IMG/VR virus record: IMGVR_UViG_3300032087_004917
DNA: 64,000 bases
Source of the DNA: an uncultured virus (IMG/VR IMGVR_UViG_3300032087_004917)
Taxonomy: Duplodnaviria > Heunggongvirae > Uroviricota > Caudoviricetes
Direction: 5' to 3' (one strand)
This document shows, one piece after another, positions 1 through 9,166 of this stretch (its first letter is position 1; each line of letters starts with the position of its first letter). The translations under genes were made by a program, and so were the position numbers. The notes under the pieces are model-generated. The model had not been told where the DNA came from. It saw only the letters and a list, made by a program, of their open reading frames with translations, and searched no databases.

Positions 1-150
1 TTTCATTCCACTGGAGTTATCAACGAAATGCATGAATTTAAGATACATCGGTCTTTCGAGTTTGATACTCTCTTTGCTATTTGCAATAAGTCGTGCGATG
101 ACATCATCACCACTCTTTAGTTTCAAAATCCTAAAGGGGGTTTTCTTCAT
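1..150 (-). CDS. Partial CDS running off the window start; conserved T4-like hypothetical downstream of uvsW
   Basis: Not in the ORF track. GGAG followed by ATG at 150 gives MKKTPFRILKLKSGDDVIARLIANSKESIKLERPMYLKF..., open to base 1. The 'KLxSGxxIxA' start resembles the gene that follows uvsW in marine T4-like phages. Confidence 0.7.
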   Translation of the reverse strand, partial: MKKTPFRILKLKSGDDVIARLIANSKESIKLERPMYLKFMHFVDNSSGMK

Positions 151-1645
151 TTCGTTCTCCTTGTAGTGGAATTGCGATTACCTTGTAATCAAATTTTTCT
201 GCGTCATATATCTTTCGTCGCTCAAAAAAGTGACGTAGTGTGTGATTCTGATATTTTTTCCATGATAAATCGTCAACTATATCATAGAGTCGTGCGGTGC
301 TTTTGTGAACAGACTTTCTAAGTTGTCTTCCAATACTCTGTAGCACCCTGACCCGACTCTTTGACGGTGACGCGAACACAATATTATTTAGGCGACGGAT
401 GTTTATACCAGTGCTAAATGTTCCATATGATGCCAAAATGATACCGTCATCAATTTTTTCTGCAATATTTCTTGCGTGTTCGCGTTGTTCTACATCTGTT
501 CCTCCGTGAATGAAAAACACAGGTTTACCACAATTTTTTAACATTTCGTGAAGAACCTTTCCGTGTTTCTCAACAAACTGAAACAGAATCAGAGTGTTTC
601 CTTTTGTGCTTTTTGCCAGATCACAAATAAATTTATTTCGCCTACTATCAGTTATCAGCCACTCAATCTCATCTTGATATGGCGTTCTTCTCATCAGTTG
701 CCTATTAGAACCTGTGTAGTTTAGCACCAAACAGTCGATAGTCAAGTTAGATAGAAGATCTTGCTCCATAAGTTTCTTGGTGGTGATTACCTTTTTAGTT
801 GGACCAAACAAACCTTCAATCACAAGTTTGTGAGTCAACATCCCGTCTAGTGTTCCCGTCATCGCAATCCGATAGGGACACCGTGTGAGTTGAGTCATAA
901 TTGAACTCAGCGACTTCGATTTGAACAAGTGTGCTTCGTCGCCAAAAACTGTTCCAAATTGCTGAAAGTATTCTTTTGGCATTTTGTGTAATGATTGCCA
1001 TGTTGATATCACGACTCTCTTTCTTGTATTTTTTTCCTTGCCTGCATACATGATGTGACAGTTTTCTACAGGGTTCCAGTTTGAGTCCATACCGGCGTAG
1101 TCACGAATGTCTGAAAACATTTGTGATACCAGTCCGATGGTCGGGACAATGATCAAGACTTTTTGATCTTTTGGTAGTAAATTTAAATAGTGCCTTAGAA
1201 GCGTATAGATGACCAGTGACTTACCAGAGCCAGTGGGTGATAGCATCAGACACCTATTTTTATTCATAGCGTGTAAGATGGCTTCTTTTTGGTGTTCGTG
1301 TGGATCTACTCTTTTACCACCAATGCTAATCTTGATGGATTCTAAGAATGTCTCTAGATATTTTTCTGTAACAGGTGAGGGAGATCCTCTATTCGGAACC
1401 TCAAGACTGTAATTACGATCCTCACAGAATTTGTGAATGTATGCCTCTAGACCTGCATAGATCTTTTGTGAATATAAGTTGTAGAGTTTGATCTGCCCGT
1501 CCCATCTTTTTTGTCGATAGGCAGGCATGAATTCTCTTCCCGGCACTTTGAAAGTAAAGTGATCTGAGAGTTCTTTTGCTAAGTGCTTTTCACAACGAAC
1601 ACGGATTTGAGAAGAATCCAAGTCCTCAATAGTAAAATCGGGCAT
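131..1645 (-). CDS. uvsW: UvsW SF2 DNA helicase
   Basis: FMPAYRQKRWDGQIKLY, Walker A SPTGSGKS, DEAH box, LQSIGRQLRK; adjacent to uvsY. Confidence 0.96.
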   Translation of the reverse strand: MPDFTIEDLDSSQIRVRCEKHLAKELSDHFTFKVPGREFMPAYRQKRWDGQIKLYNLYSQKIYAGLEAYIHKFCEDRNYSLEVPNRGSPSPVTEKYLETFLESIKISIGGKRVDPHEHQKEAILHAMNKNRCLMLSPTGSGKSLVIYTLLRHYLNLLPKDQKVLIIVPTIGLVSQMFSDIRDYAGMDSNWNPVENCHIMYAGKEKNTRKRVVISTWQSLHKMPKEYFQQFGTVFGDEAHLFKSKSLSSIMTQLTRCPYRIAMTGTLDGMLTHKLVIEGLFGPTKKVITTKKLMEQDLLSNLTIDCLVLNYTGSNRQLMRRTPYQDEIEWLITDSRRNKFICDLAKSTKGNTLILFQFVEKHGKVLHEMLKNCGKPVFFIHGGTDVEQREHARNIAEKIDDGIILASYGTFSTGINIRRLNNIVFASPSKSRVRVLQSIGRQLRKSVHKSTARLYDIVDDLSWKKYQNHTLRHFFERRKIYDAEKFDYKVIAIPLQGERNEENPL

Positions 1646-1654
1646 ACATTATAT

Positions 1655-2089
1655 TTATGCACCGCCTAAGAACTTCCTCCAGTCAATAGCCGCTTTGATC
1701 TTCATGTGTCGGAAGGAGACTTCTTTGACAACCTCTTCAAGATAATCCACGATTGACTTGATATAAACAATCACTTCTTTTCTTTTACACAGATCCTCAT
1801 CACCATTGAGATAAATCCCAATATCATTACGAAGAATCTTGTGATCAAAAGGCTCCCATCCACGCTCACGCAATGTCTGTTCGTCCATTTTCCCACTGTA
1901 ATATTCCCACTTCAAGCGGTATAGGCGATTGTATTCATTTGTTGCTTTTTCTAGCCTCAACTTCGCATCATGATAAAAATTAAGATACTTGCTGTGAAGT
2001 GCTGGCAATCTCAAAGACTCGGTATCGAGTTCAGTGTCATCAATACGCGAATCTTGTTCTACATGTTTTCTAAGTTCACTAAGTTCCAT
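1655..2089 (-). CDS. uvsY: UvsY recombination mediator
   Basis: 144 aa; ESLRLPALHSKYL, KWEYYSGK, IKAAIDWRKFLGG; synteny. Confidence 0.92.
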   Translation of the reverse strand: MELSELRKHVEQDSRIDDTELDTESLRLPALHSKYLNFYHDAKLRLEKATNEYNRLYRLKWEYYSGKMDEQTLRERGWEPFDHKILRNDIGIYLNGDEDLCKRKEVIVYIKSIVDYLEEVVKEVSFRHMKIKAAIDWRKFLGGA

Positions 2090-2124
2090 AAGAATCTTTA
2101 ATCCCTTTTCTCGTTGACACTCGG

Positions 2125-2152
2125 ATTATAGAGTTACCCAAAGGCGTGTCAA
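2125..2152 (-). promoter_or_regulatory. Sigma70-type promoter of uvsY, TTGACA-N16-TATAAT
   Basis: Perfect -35 (2147-2152) and -10 (2125-2130) hexamers with a 16 bp spacer. Confidence 0.8.
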
Positions 2153-2159
2153 GAGGAAA

Positions 2160-2744
2160 TCAGACAAATTCGTAGAAATCAAATGCAAAGGTAGCCGTGG
2201 CTGTTCTTGGTGCTAAATCCGGGTCTGTGGAGTCAAACTCAATGCCAGAAAGGGAAACAGGCAAAAGATTGTGGAATCTAATTTCCTGAGTCGGAACCAT
2301 GGCACTATTCAAAATATGAAGACTGCCCTCGGTAAAGTGGGTGGTGTCTTTATCTTCAAAGTCATCATAACTATTAACCAAGTAAATGGTTCTCATCCAG
2401 TTGTAGAGTTCTCTCCAGTTTTCAAGTTTCTCATCAATAATAAATTCAAGATTTAAGTTTGCGAATGATACTTTTGTGCTAGGATGATTCACGGCTGAGA
2501 ATCTAGTTGGCTGTTGAATCGCTCCCACAGAAGCAAACTCAGGCAAAGTCACCTTTTGTGCAAAATAATTGATTCGTGGCAATCTCTTTATTGAAAATCT
2601 ATAAAAAGTTTGATAAAGATAGTTTGTGGTTGTTGGCTGATTACTAACGGGACTGGTGGGATTAGAATTTTGAAATCCCTGTGTGTATCCCGGCAACTGA
2701 TTGCCATTATTAAAGATAGATTCTTGTGTGGTTTTTCCTGCCAT
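2160..2744 (-). CDS. g3: Tail tube terminator / tail completion protein gp3
   Basis: NYL..FRFSIKRLP..NYFAQKVTLP, FIIDEKLENWRELYNWM, LPVSLSGIEFD. Confidence 0.88.
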   Translation of the reverse strand: MAGKTTQESIFNNGNQLPGYTQGFQNSNPTSPVSNQPTTTNYLYQTFYRFSIKRLPRINYFAQKVTLPEFASVGAIQQPTRFSAVNHPSTKVSFANLNLEFIIDEKLENWRELYNWMRTIYLVNSYDDFEDKDTTHFTEGSLHILNSAMVPTQEIRFHNLLPVSLSGIEFDSTDPDLAPRTATATFAFDFYEFV

Positions 2745-2758
2745 ACTTTATTTAGGTA

Positions 2759-2790
2759 CAAAAAGATAAGGGGGCTTTCGCCCCCTCATC
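2759..2790 (-). terminator. Rho-independent terminator after g23
   Basis: Stem AGGGGGC-GAAA-GCCCCCT (2769-2786) followed by a T-rich run on the minus strand. Confidence 0.8.
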
Positions 2791-2815
2791 CGAAGTATTT
2801 AATTGTCACCTAAGA

Positions 2816-4240
2816 TTAGGCGTTGTTACCGTGCAGGTTCAGAATACGGAAGATTCTGTAATACTGGTTGCTTCTATTAGCAGCGGCAGCATGAGGATCT
2901 GAACGGTCAGTTCCACCACCAGACACGAACGGGTTATTCACCAGACCGTATCGGGTCTTGAAGCCAATCTTCGGTTGGAAGTTGGTTTCGTTGACTGCAC
3001 GAACCATTTGCAACGGAACGTATGGGCAGTAGAACATACCTGCGTCGTAGGGGCTAGAGCCTCTATAACCGACGAGGGCATAGTCAGCACCGGACACGGA
3101 GTATGGGTCAATGTAAACCTTCATACGACCATTGAGAGTACCAGCAAAGGTGTTGCCAGTGTCATCAACCGAAAGGTTAATGTCAGGGGTCGGGGTCAGG
3201 TTCAAGAAGCCGGACATGGCGAGTGCCGAAGCAACGTCAGAGGTGCAGAGAACAAAGTTGCCCTTACCACGACGAGTTTCTTTAGCAATCACGTTGGCTT
3301 CACGTTCCATTTGGAACATCAGACCACGGAACTTCTCAGCGGACCAACGACCATCAGAGTCTTGCTCAAGGTCGTAGATACCACCGAAGTCGGTAGCGAG
3401 AGCAGCACCGGAAAGACCGTGGTTGCTCTTATAGAAAAGGTCGGCTTGTTGTGCGCCGAGTTTAGCGTTGTTATAAATCGTTCTCACAACTTCACGGTTG
3501 ATTTCAGCGAGGATTTCAGCCGAGAGAATGTTAGCGAGTTCGACTTCCGCATCAAGACCGTGGATAGCCTTAAGGTCTTGGGCGAGTTCAGAGGTGTATT
3601 CAGCCTTCAATGCACGGGTCTTAGCAACGACGGACGTACGGTCGATGGTGAATGACATCTCTGCGAAAGTAGAAGTCTCAAGCGTAGCGGTAGATGCACC
3701 AGCAGCGACAGGAATCGCATCAGCACCACCAGCGGTGTTAGCAGCACCACCAGTACCACCAGCGGTACGAGTACCCAGAGGGTCACCAGTGCCACCAAAG
3801 GCGGGGAAGCCTCTAGAAGCGGTCGTACCGGGAGCGGAGTTCGAGAAGTCAGTTGGCGACTCGTCAAAGAGTGCTTCACCTTCTCTACCACCAGCACCAA
3901 CAAAGTTAGCCTTCATCGCAAAGATCAAACCAGTGGGACCAGACATAGGCTGGACACCACAGATGTCGTATGCGATCATGTTAGGCATGGCTCGTCGGAC
4001 GAGTGAGATCAGAACGGGGTCAAAGCCAGCAACAGTGTTGAATGCACCGTTGGTGTTGATGAAACCGTTAGCACCGGGGACCGGGGCAACACTGGTTTCT
4101 TCTTTCAAGGCTTTCTCTTGGTTTTCAAGGAGAATCGCAGTCACATTTCTACGATAGTTATCCTTAATGGGTTCCATTCCTTCACAGTTGAGGACGGGTT
4201 CCCACTTCTCCTTGAGGTTTTCAACAAGTACGTTGTCCAT
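2816..4240 (-). CDS. g23: Major capsid protein gp23
   Basis: FDPVLISLVRRAMPNMIAYDICGVQPMSGPTGLIFAM; RALKAEYTSELAQDLKAIHGLDAE; FQPKIGFKTRYG. Confidence 0.99.
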   Translation of the reverse strand: MDNVLVENLKEKWEPVLNCEGMEPIKDNYRRNVTAILLENQEKALKEETSVAPVPGANGFINTNGAFNTVAGFDPVLISLVRRAMPNMIAYDICGVQPMSGPTGLIFAMKANFVGAGGREGEALFDESPTDFSNSAPGTTASRGFPAFGGTGDPLGTRTAGGTGGAANTAGGADAIPVAAGASTATLETSTFAEMSFTIDRTSVVAKTRALKAEYTSELAQDLKAIHGLDAEVELANILSAEILAEINREVVRTIYNNAKLGAQQADLFYKSNHGLSGAALATDFGGIYDLEQDSDGRWSAEKFRGLMFQMEREANVIAKETRRGKGNFVLCTSDVASALAMSGFLNLTPTPDINLSVDDTGNTFAGTLNGRMKVYIDPYSVSGADYALVGYRGSSPYDAGMFYCPYVPLQMVRAVNETNFQPKIGFKTRYGLVNNPFVSGGGTDRSDPHAAAANRSNQYYRIFRILNLHGNNA

Positions 4241-4264
4241 TTGGGTTATTCTCCTTTTTGTGTT

Positions 4265-5437
4265 TTAGGAAACACGGTTTTGGACTGCCTTCGAATTGAT
4301 TCTCGAAAGCATGTTAGTGTATGCAGACATTGTGGGGGAAAGATCAACTGATTCTCTCACAGCATCTTCTTCATTAGTGGCGAACTCCTCAACGAGAGGG
4401 GTTTTCACTGAATCTTCTTCATTGAAGAAGTTTTCTTTAAGCGTGGAAAGTTTCTCTTGGAAATCTTCCACGTTGGTAAAATCAAGATTTTCTACCATCG
4501 AACGGAATTTTTCTTCGTCGGAATCAGCCAAGTCGCGTGAGGCAGTTTCATAAAGTGCTTCACACTGTGCCTTGACAAGTCCTTTCGAAAGTTCAATATT
4601 CTTTTCGATGGATTCGTTAAGTTTAGATTCAAGGTCATCGACCTTATCGTTCAGCCCCTCGACAAGATCATACTTCTCATCGGGCATTGCGACGTAATGA
4701 GTTTCAAAGAGGTTCTTAAGACCAATCATAAAGGATTCGGAGATGTCTGAACGAATGCCGGAGTCAATGGCGACTTCGTTTTCTTTTCTCCACTCCTCTA
4801 CGACATAGGTGAGGTACTCGTCCAGTTTGGATGCAAGTGCTTCTTTTTCCTCATCGAGTTGGGCTTCAAATTCTGAATGAAGTTCTTCTCTAACGGCATC
4901 AACTCTCATGTTGACGGCTGCTTCAAAAACAACACCAGCCTTTTCTTTAAACTCTTCAGAAAGTTCTTCACCAGTGAAAAGATTGCCAAGTTGTTCAGCC
5001 ATAGGAGTCATTTTTTTGGTTTTCTTAGCACCAAAATCATCTTCCTCTTCTTCATCACCGTGCATGTCTTCCTCTGCACCCATCTCTTCATCGGGCATCA
5101 TCATCATAGAACCCTCTTCGGATGGCATCTCCTCATCAGGCATACTATACTCTTCCTCTTCGGGTTTCTTAAGATCAAGTTTGCCTGCATCATCAACCAC
5201 TTCGGCTGATGCATCAGATGGTTTCATGGCAGGAGTTGGTGCTTCCTTGCCAGTTGGTTTGATAGTTTCGGGGGTAACACCGTCAGCAGACGTTGACGAA
5301 ACGCCATCTGCGGAGGTATCATCTCCTTTACCGTTTTTCTTTTTCATAGCCTCTGCCTCGACGTAAGTTTCATCGATTGAAGCGACTGATTGAGCGAGAA
5401 TTTCCTTCGCAGTTTCCAAAGCGTTTTTGAGACTCAT
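4265..5437 (-). CDS. g22: Prohead core scaffold protein gp22
   Basis: Acidic coiled coil; LSEEFKEKAGVVFEAAV, LDEYLTYVVEEW; between g21 and g23. Confidence 0.93.
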   Translation of the reverse strand: MSLKNALETAKEILAQSVASIDETYVEAEAMKKKNGKGDDTSADGVSSTSADGVTPETIKPTGKEAPTPAMKPSDASAEVVDDAGKLDLKKPEEEEYSMPDEEMPSEEGSMMMMPDEEMGAEEDMHGDEEEEDDFGAKKTKKMTPMAEQLGNLFTGEELSEEFKEKAGVVFEAAVNMRVDAVREELHSEFEAQLDEEKEALASKLDEYLTYVVEEWRKENEVAIDSGIRSDISESFMIGLKNLFETHYVAMPDEKYDLVEGLNDKVDDLESKLNESIEKNIELSKGLVKAQCEALYETASRDLADSDEEKFRSMVENLDFTNVEDFQEKLSTLKENFFNEEDSVKTPLVEEFATNEEDAVRESVDLSPTMSAYTNMLSRINSKAVQNRVS

Positions 5438-5456
5438 ATTTGACTCCTATCTCCCT

Positions 5457-6110
5457 TTATGTATCTTTGCTTAGATTTGAGAGGAAATCTGCGAACGCAT
5501 ACAATTTCGCTTCCTCAAGTTGTGATCTCGAAGCACGTTCGATATGCTTTTTGTGAGATTCAATACGTCGAGCGGTGAGAATACCGTTTTCCCACACCCA
5601 CTCTTTGCCTTCCATAATACCTTGAACATATGCGTCCGGTGCAGATGGATCAGCGACAATATCAACGGCTGAAAGTGAGAAATCTTCTTGCACTTCGTTG
5701 ACACCATTAACTTGTTTCAAGGAACCCATACCACGGGAAGAGACACCAATTTTGACACCCTCTTTGATAAGATCTTTTACAATTTTACCATAGGGAGTAT
5801 CAAGGATTTTTGCCTTTCCGTAAATATCGTTCCCATCAACACGAAGTTCTTTAATCAGGTGCGAAACTCTTTCGAGATTAAGTTGGGGACCATCGGGGTG
5901 ACCGAGTTCGCCCATCGCACGATTTGTTTTAACATATTCATTATTGTATCGCCGAACTTCATTCATCAAAGTTTTCTGCGGATACACACGACCATTGCGG
6001 TTCTTTTGCTCTGCTTGCATGAAGATACCATCAATGTGATATTGCTTTTCACCATTCACTTCTTCAGTGACAAGATTAATATTGTCATTTACTTCAGTGA
6101 TAAGAAGCAT
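5457..6110 (-). CDS. g21: Prohead core protease gp21
   Basis: GIFMQAEQKNRNGRVYP, GELGHP, GVSSRGMGSL, DIVADPSAPDA. Confidence 0.97.
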   Translation of the reverse strand: MLLITEVNDNINLVTEEVNGEKQYHIDGIFMQAEQKNRNGRVYPQKTLMNEVRRYNNEYVKTNRAMGELGHPDGPQLNLERVSHLIKELRVDGNDIYGKAKILDTPYGKIVKDLIKEGVKIGVSSRGMGSLKQVNGVNEVQEDFSLSAVDIVADPSAPDAYVQGIMEGKEWVWENGILTARRIESHKKHIERASRSQLEEAKLYAFADFLSNLSKDT

Positions 6111-6409
6111 CAGTCGGTTTCCTTCTCGGCTTTGTAGTTTTTGTCAACATAGTTGAAAAACTTTTTCTTGTCCTCTTCGGACTTAAGATCGGCTGGTGAA
6201 GAGATGCCAAACTTTTTCATTGCCTTTTCAAAAAATTCTTCGTAGTCATTTTTTTCTTCATCAATATTTTTTGCAAGGTTTTTGGCAACGACATCTTTTC
6301 TTTCAATAACGGCAGACTGCAACTTGTCTCTAAGCAGTTGGGCAAGTCCCTCTTCGGCAGCCGTGTATTGTTTATTTGAAATCGCGTCAACAATGTTTAC
6401 CGTATTCAT
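6110..6409 (-). CDS. Small prohead core protein (gp67/gp68 position)
   Basis: 99 aa charged protein, stop/start coupled to g21; synteny. Confidence 0.6.
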   Translation of the reverse strand: MNTVNIVDAISNKQYTAAEEGLAQLLRDKLQSAVIERKDVVAKNLAKNIDEEKNDYEEFFEKAMKKFGISSPADLKSEEDKKKFFNYVDKNYKAEKETD

Positions 6410-7047
6410 ACGAGATCCCTCTTAAGCCTTTCTTGAAAGTATTGAATCATTTGTTGTGCCTTCTCATTTGAAGATGCAAATGTTTTTTCAAACTTTTCTT
6501 TGTTCGTATTATTTAGCCTCTTATGTATTTCAAGAGCCATTTTTGTGTCCTCAAAAGTCATATTTGTCACAGATCCATCATCATGCTCGACAATCAAGCC
6601 ATCTTTTCCTGTCAAAGTGAGACTCTCAACTGTCGCTGGCTTTGATTTTTCTTTAAGATCAATAATTTTTTTGATCTCTCGTTCTGCCTGCTCGGCTGAC
6701 AAAAAGATCTCAGTTCTCTTATCATCAACATATGCAGAGACAGGGGCAGATGCACCCATTCCGAGTTTTTTCAACGTAATTACTTTGCCTTTATACTCGA
6801 ATGACTTAAGATAATATTCCTTTGTCATTTCAGGGTCAAGAGCGATGTCCTCTTTGTCACCCTCTTTTGATGCCTCTTCCTTTTCCTCTTTCGGTCTATC
6901 CTCTTCTTTTTCTTCAACAATATTTTTACATCTTTCATTGATTGAAGAAATAGTTTTCGAAGCAAGCATTGACGTAAGATAACCCTTAGCAACATTGTCG
7001 GGTGCTGTAAGGATTAAATCGATTGCGTTTCTTGCTTCTTCTTTCAT
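6406..7047 (-). CDS. Putative prohead core protein (gp67/gp68 position)
   Basis: Charged protein between g20 and g21 with coupled start/stop codons. Confidence 0.55.
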   Translation of the reverse strand: MKEEARNAIDLILTAPDNVAKGYLTSMLASKTISSINERCKNIVEEKEEDRPKEEKEEASKEGDKEDIALDPEMTKEYYLKSFEYKGKVITLKKLGMGASAPVSAYVDDKRTEIFLSAEQAEREIKKIIDLKEKSKPATVESLTLTGKDGLIVEHDDGSVTNMTFEDTKMALEIHKRLNNTNKEKFEKTFASSNEKAQQMIQYFQERLKRDLV

Positions 7048-8558
7048 TAGAATCCCATGCTTTCTGACTTGTCAGGCAGTAGACCATTTTCTCTTTCAAA
7101 CGAGATTTGTTTATCAATTTCCTTCATCTCAGAATCAGTCTGACGTAGAATATTTCTTCGCACATATTCACGGGAATAGTAATCACCGATGTGATCATTA
7201 ATGTCCCGTAGAATATTTAGTCTTTCTTGCAATACCTCATTTTCTTTACTTTCAGTGAAGTATGAGTCTGACGCAAATTCAAAACGAATGTCTTGCTGAA
7301 TTCTGTACCACTCGTCATCCTTGAGGATACCCTTGAGCAAACATTGAACACGCAGAGCATTCGTAAACAAAAGTGCAAATTTGTTTCGAAGTCGCTCAAT
7401 AAATTTAACAAAATTCAGTTCATCTCTGGTGATCTCTGACGCTCTACCCATGTTAAAACCAGTATCGGTTTCCATACGAGACAGAGGAATATTGAGTGCC
7501 TTGTAAAGTTTCTTTTCAAAATACATGACATCATCCATCTCACCTAAGTTCTGTCCACCGTCAAGGGTCGAGACTTCTGTTCCTTTACCACCTTCACGGC
7601 GGGGGAACCAGTAGTCTTCCAACATATTCATAAACTTACGGTCATCACGAATCTCACCAGTGTTCGCATCATAGACAAGTTTATTTCTATAGCGATTCAT
7701 CAAACCTTTAACATATTGTTCGGCTTTGTTTTTGGGGAGCGAACCAACATCAACGTAGAAGATTCTCCGTTCTGGCGCACGCGAAAGACGATAGATGACC
7801 GTGGCATCCTCGACCATTCGGAGTTGGTTCATTGGTTTGATTGCTTTTTGAAGGTAGGAAACGGATCTGGTTCTTGATGGATCATATAGCCCTGATGGGT
7901 AATAGTTGATTGCCTCTGGTGCAATCTCAATAGCAGATGATTCGTTTGGTTTTTCTCTATAAATGTAAACCTCTTTGACACCTTTGATGGTTTTAGCACC
8001 TGTCTTGGGGTCAACATCTTTTTCAACTTTTGCAATCTTTTTAATTTTTGCTGCGTCGATGGGTCGCATTTCGATAATGCCACGGCGGGGCTGATTCGGA
8101 TTTACAATCATGTGATAGTAGCCCTTACCATCAACATACCAACGCCTGAAGATTTCATAGCCCCTGTTGTTAAAGTCCAACAAACGCATAATATAATTAA
8201 ACTCTTTTTCGATAGACTCTTTTTGTGCGTCAGAAAGTTTTGTGTGTTCTAGAGAGATACCTACAGGGAATCTTTTTTCGTTTGTGTTTACGATAGATTC
8301 GTTACAGATATCTTCAACAGCCTGCTCGATCTCTGGCTGCATAGCCATTTCACGATATTTGCTGATAAACTGGGCTTCGTTTCTAAGAGAGCCATCAAGA
8401 TCGATACCGATACCGTAGTACCCACCAGCATCAACTGGCATGGCATCGTCGAGTTCAGGAAGTACGAATGAGGTGGCTTTTTTCTCTATTGGAGTCTGAC
8501 TCGCAAGTGCCTCTTTTTTCGCTCTTCCTATTGAAATTCCAAACAATTCAATAGGCAT
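7047..8558 (-). CDS. g20: Portal vertex protein gp20
   Basis: FRRWYVDG, YRLSRAPERRIFYVDVG, MLEDYWFPRREGGKGTEVSTL. Confidence 0.98.
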   Translation of the reverse strand: MPIELFGISIGRAKKEALASQTPIEKKATSFVLPELDDAMPVDAGGYYGIGIDLDGSLRNEAQFISKYREMAMQPEIEQAVEDICNESIVNTNEKRFPVGISLEHTKLSDAQKESIEKEFNYIMRLLDFNNRGYEIFRRWYVDGKGYYHMIVNPNQPRRGIIEMRPIDAAKIKKIAKVEKDVDPKTGAKTIKGVKEVYIYREKPNESSAIEIAPEAINYYPSGLYDPSRTRSVSYLQKAIKPMNQLRMVEDATVIYRLSRAPERRIFYVDVGSLPKNKAEQYVKGLMNRYRNKLVYDANTGEIRDDRKFMNMLEDYWFPRREGGKGTEVSTLDGGQNLGEMDDVMYFEKKLYKALNIPLSRMETDTGFNMGRASEITRDELNFVKFIERLRNKFALLFTNALRVQCLLKGILKDDEWYRIQQDIRFEFASDSYFTESKENEVLQERLNILRDINDHIGDYYSREYVRRNILRQTDSEMKEIDKQISFERENGLLPDKSESMGF

Positions 8559-8574
8559 ATTGTATAATCCTCAA

Positions 8575-9141
8575 TTATTCGTCTGCGTTTCCAACTCCAA
8601 TGCCGTTTGGAGAGGGAAGACCAGTCGTTCTATGATATTGATATCTGAGGGTGACTTGGAAAGAAGTGAGTTCATTTCCTTCTGCGGTAAGATCAATTCC
8701 AGACACACTAGTTGGGAAACACGCATCAAGTTCGTATGCCTTGATTGGTTTTCCTTGTCTATTAAGTTGTGTCACAGTCCAAGTTGAGAACAATGCCGTG
8801 TTGTTTGCAATATTAAAGTTAACATCATCGGCAATGTGATCTCTAGCACCGTCAATTCTGTCAACATATCTTTCAAAAGCAGTTCTGATTGACATGTCTT
8901 CGTCATTGAGGATTGTAATCGTCCACGGCTCATAAGTTCTAAAGCCGGGAAGATAAACCTGTCTCCCTCTATGGTTCACAGTGATTTCATTAAGTGTGGA
9001 TGGAGGAAGTTGGGCAGCAGTGCAAAGAAACGCCAAATCTTGTTTATCTTCTCCGCTCAAAATTGAAGAGTTCGTATCAATTCTGAACAAAGACGAATAT
9101 ACGCCACCGCCTAGTCTAGATTTGAATTTGTTAATGTCCAT
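8575..9141 (-). CDS. g19: Tail tube protein gp19
   Basis: AAQLP, GRQVYLPG.RTYEPWTITILND, FPTSVSGIDL; follows g18. Confidence 0.93.
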   Translation of the reverse strand: MDINKFKSRLGGGVYSSLFRIDTNSSILSGEDKQDLAFLCTAAQLPPSTLNEITVNHRGRQVYLPGFRTYEPWTITILNDEDMSIRTAFERYVDRIDGARDHIADDVNFNIANNTALFSTWTVTQLNRQGKPIKAYELDACFPTSVSGIDLTAEGNELTSFQVTLRYQYHRTTGLPSPNGIGVGNADE

Positions 9142-9166
9142 CCAGTTATCTCCTTAGTAGTATGTA

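Noticed and set aside
2975..4157. Long + strand ORFs inside g23
   Set aside because: Antisense shadows of a highly biased gene
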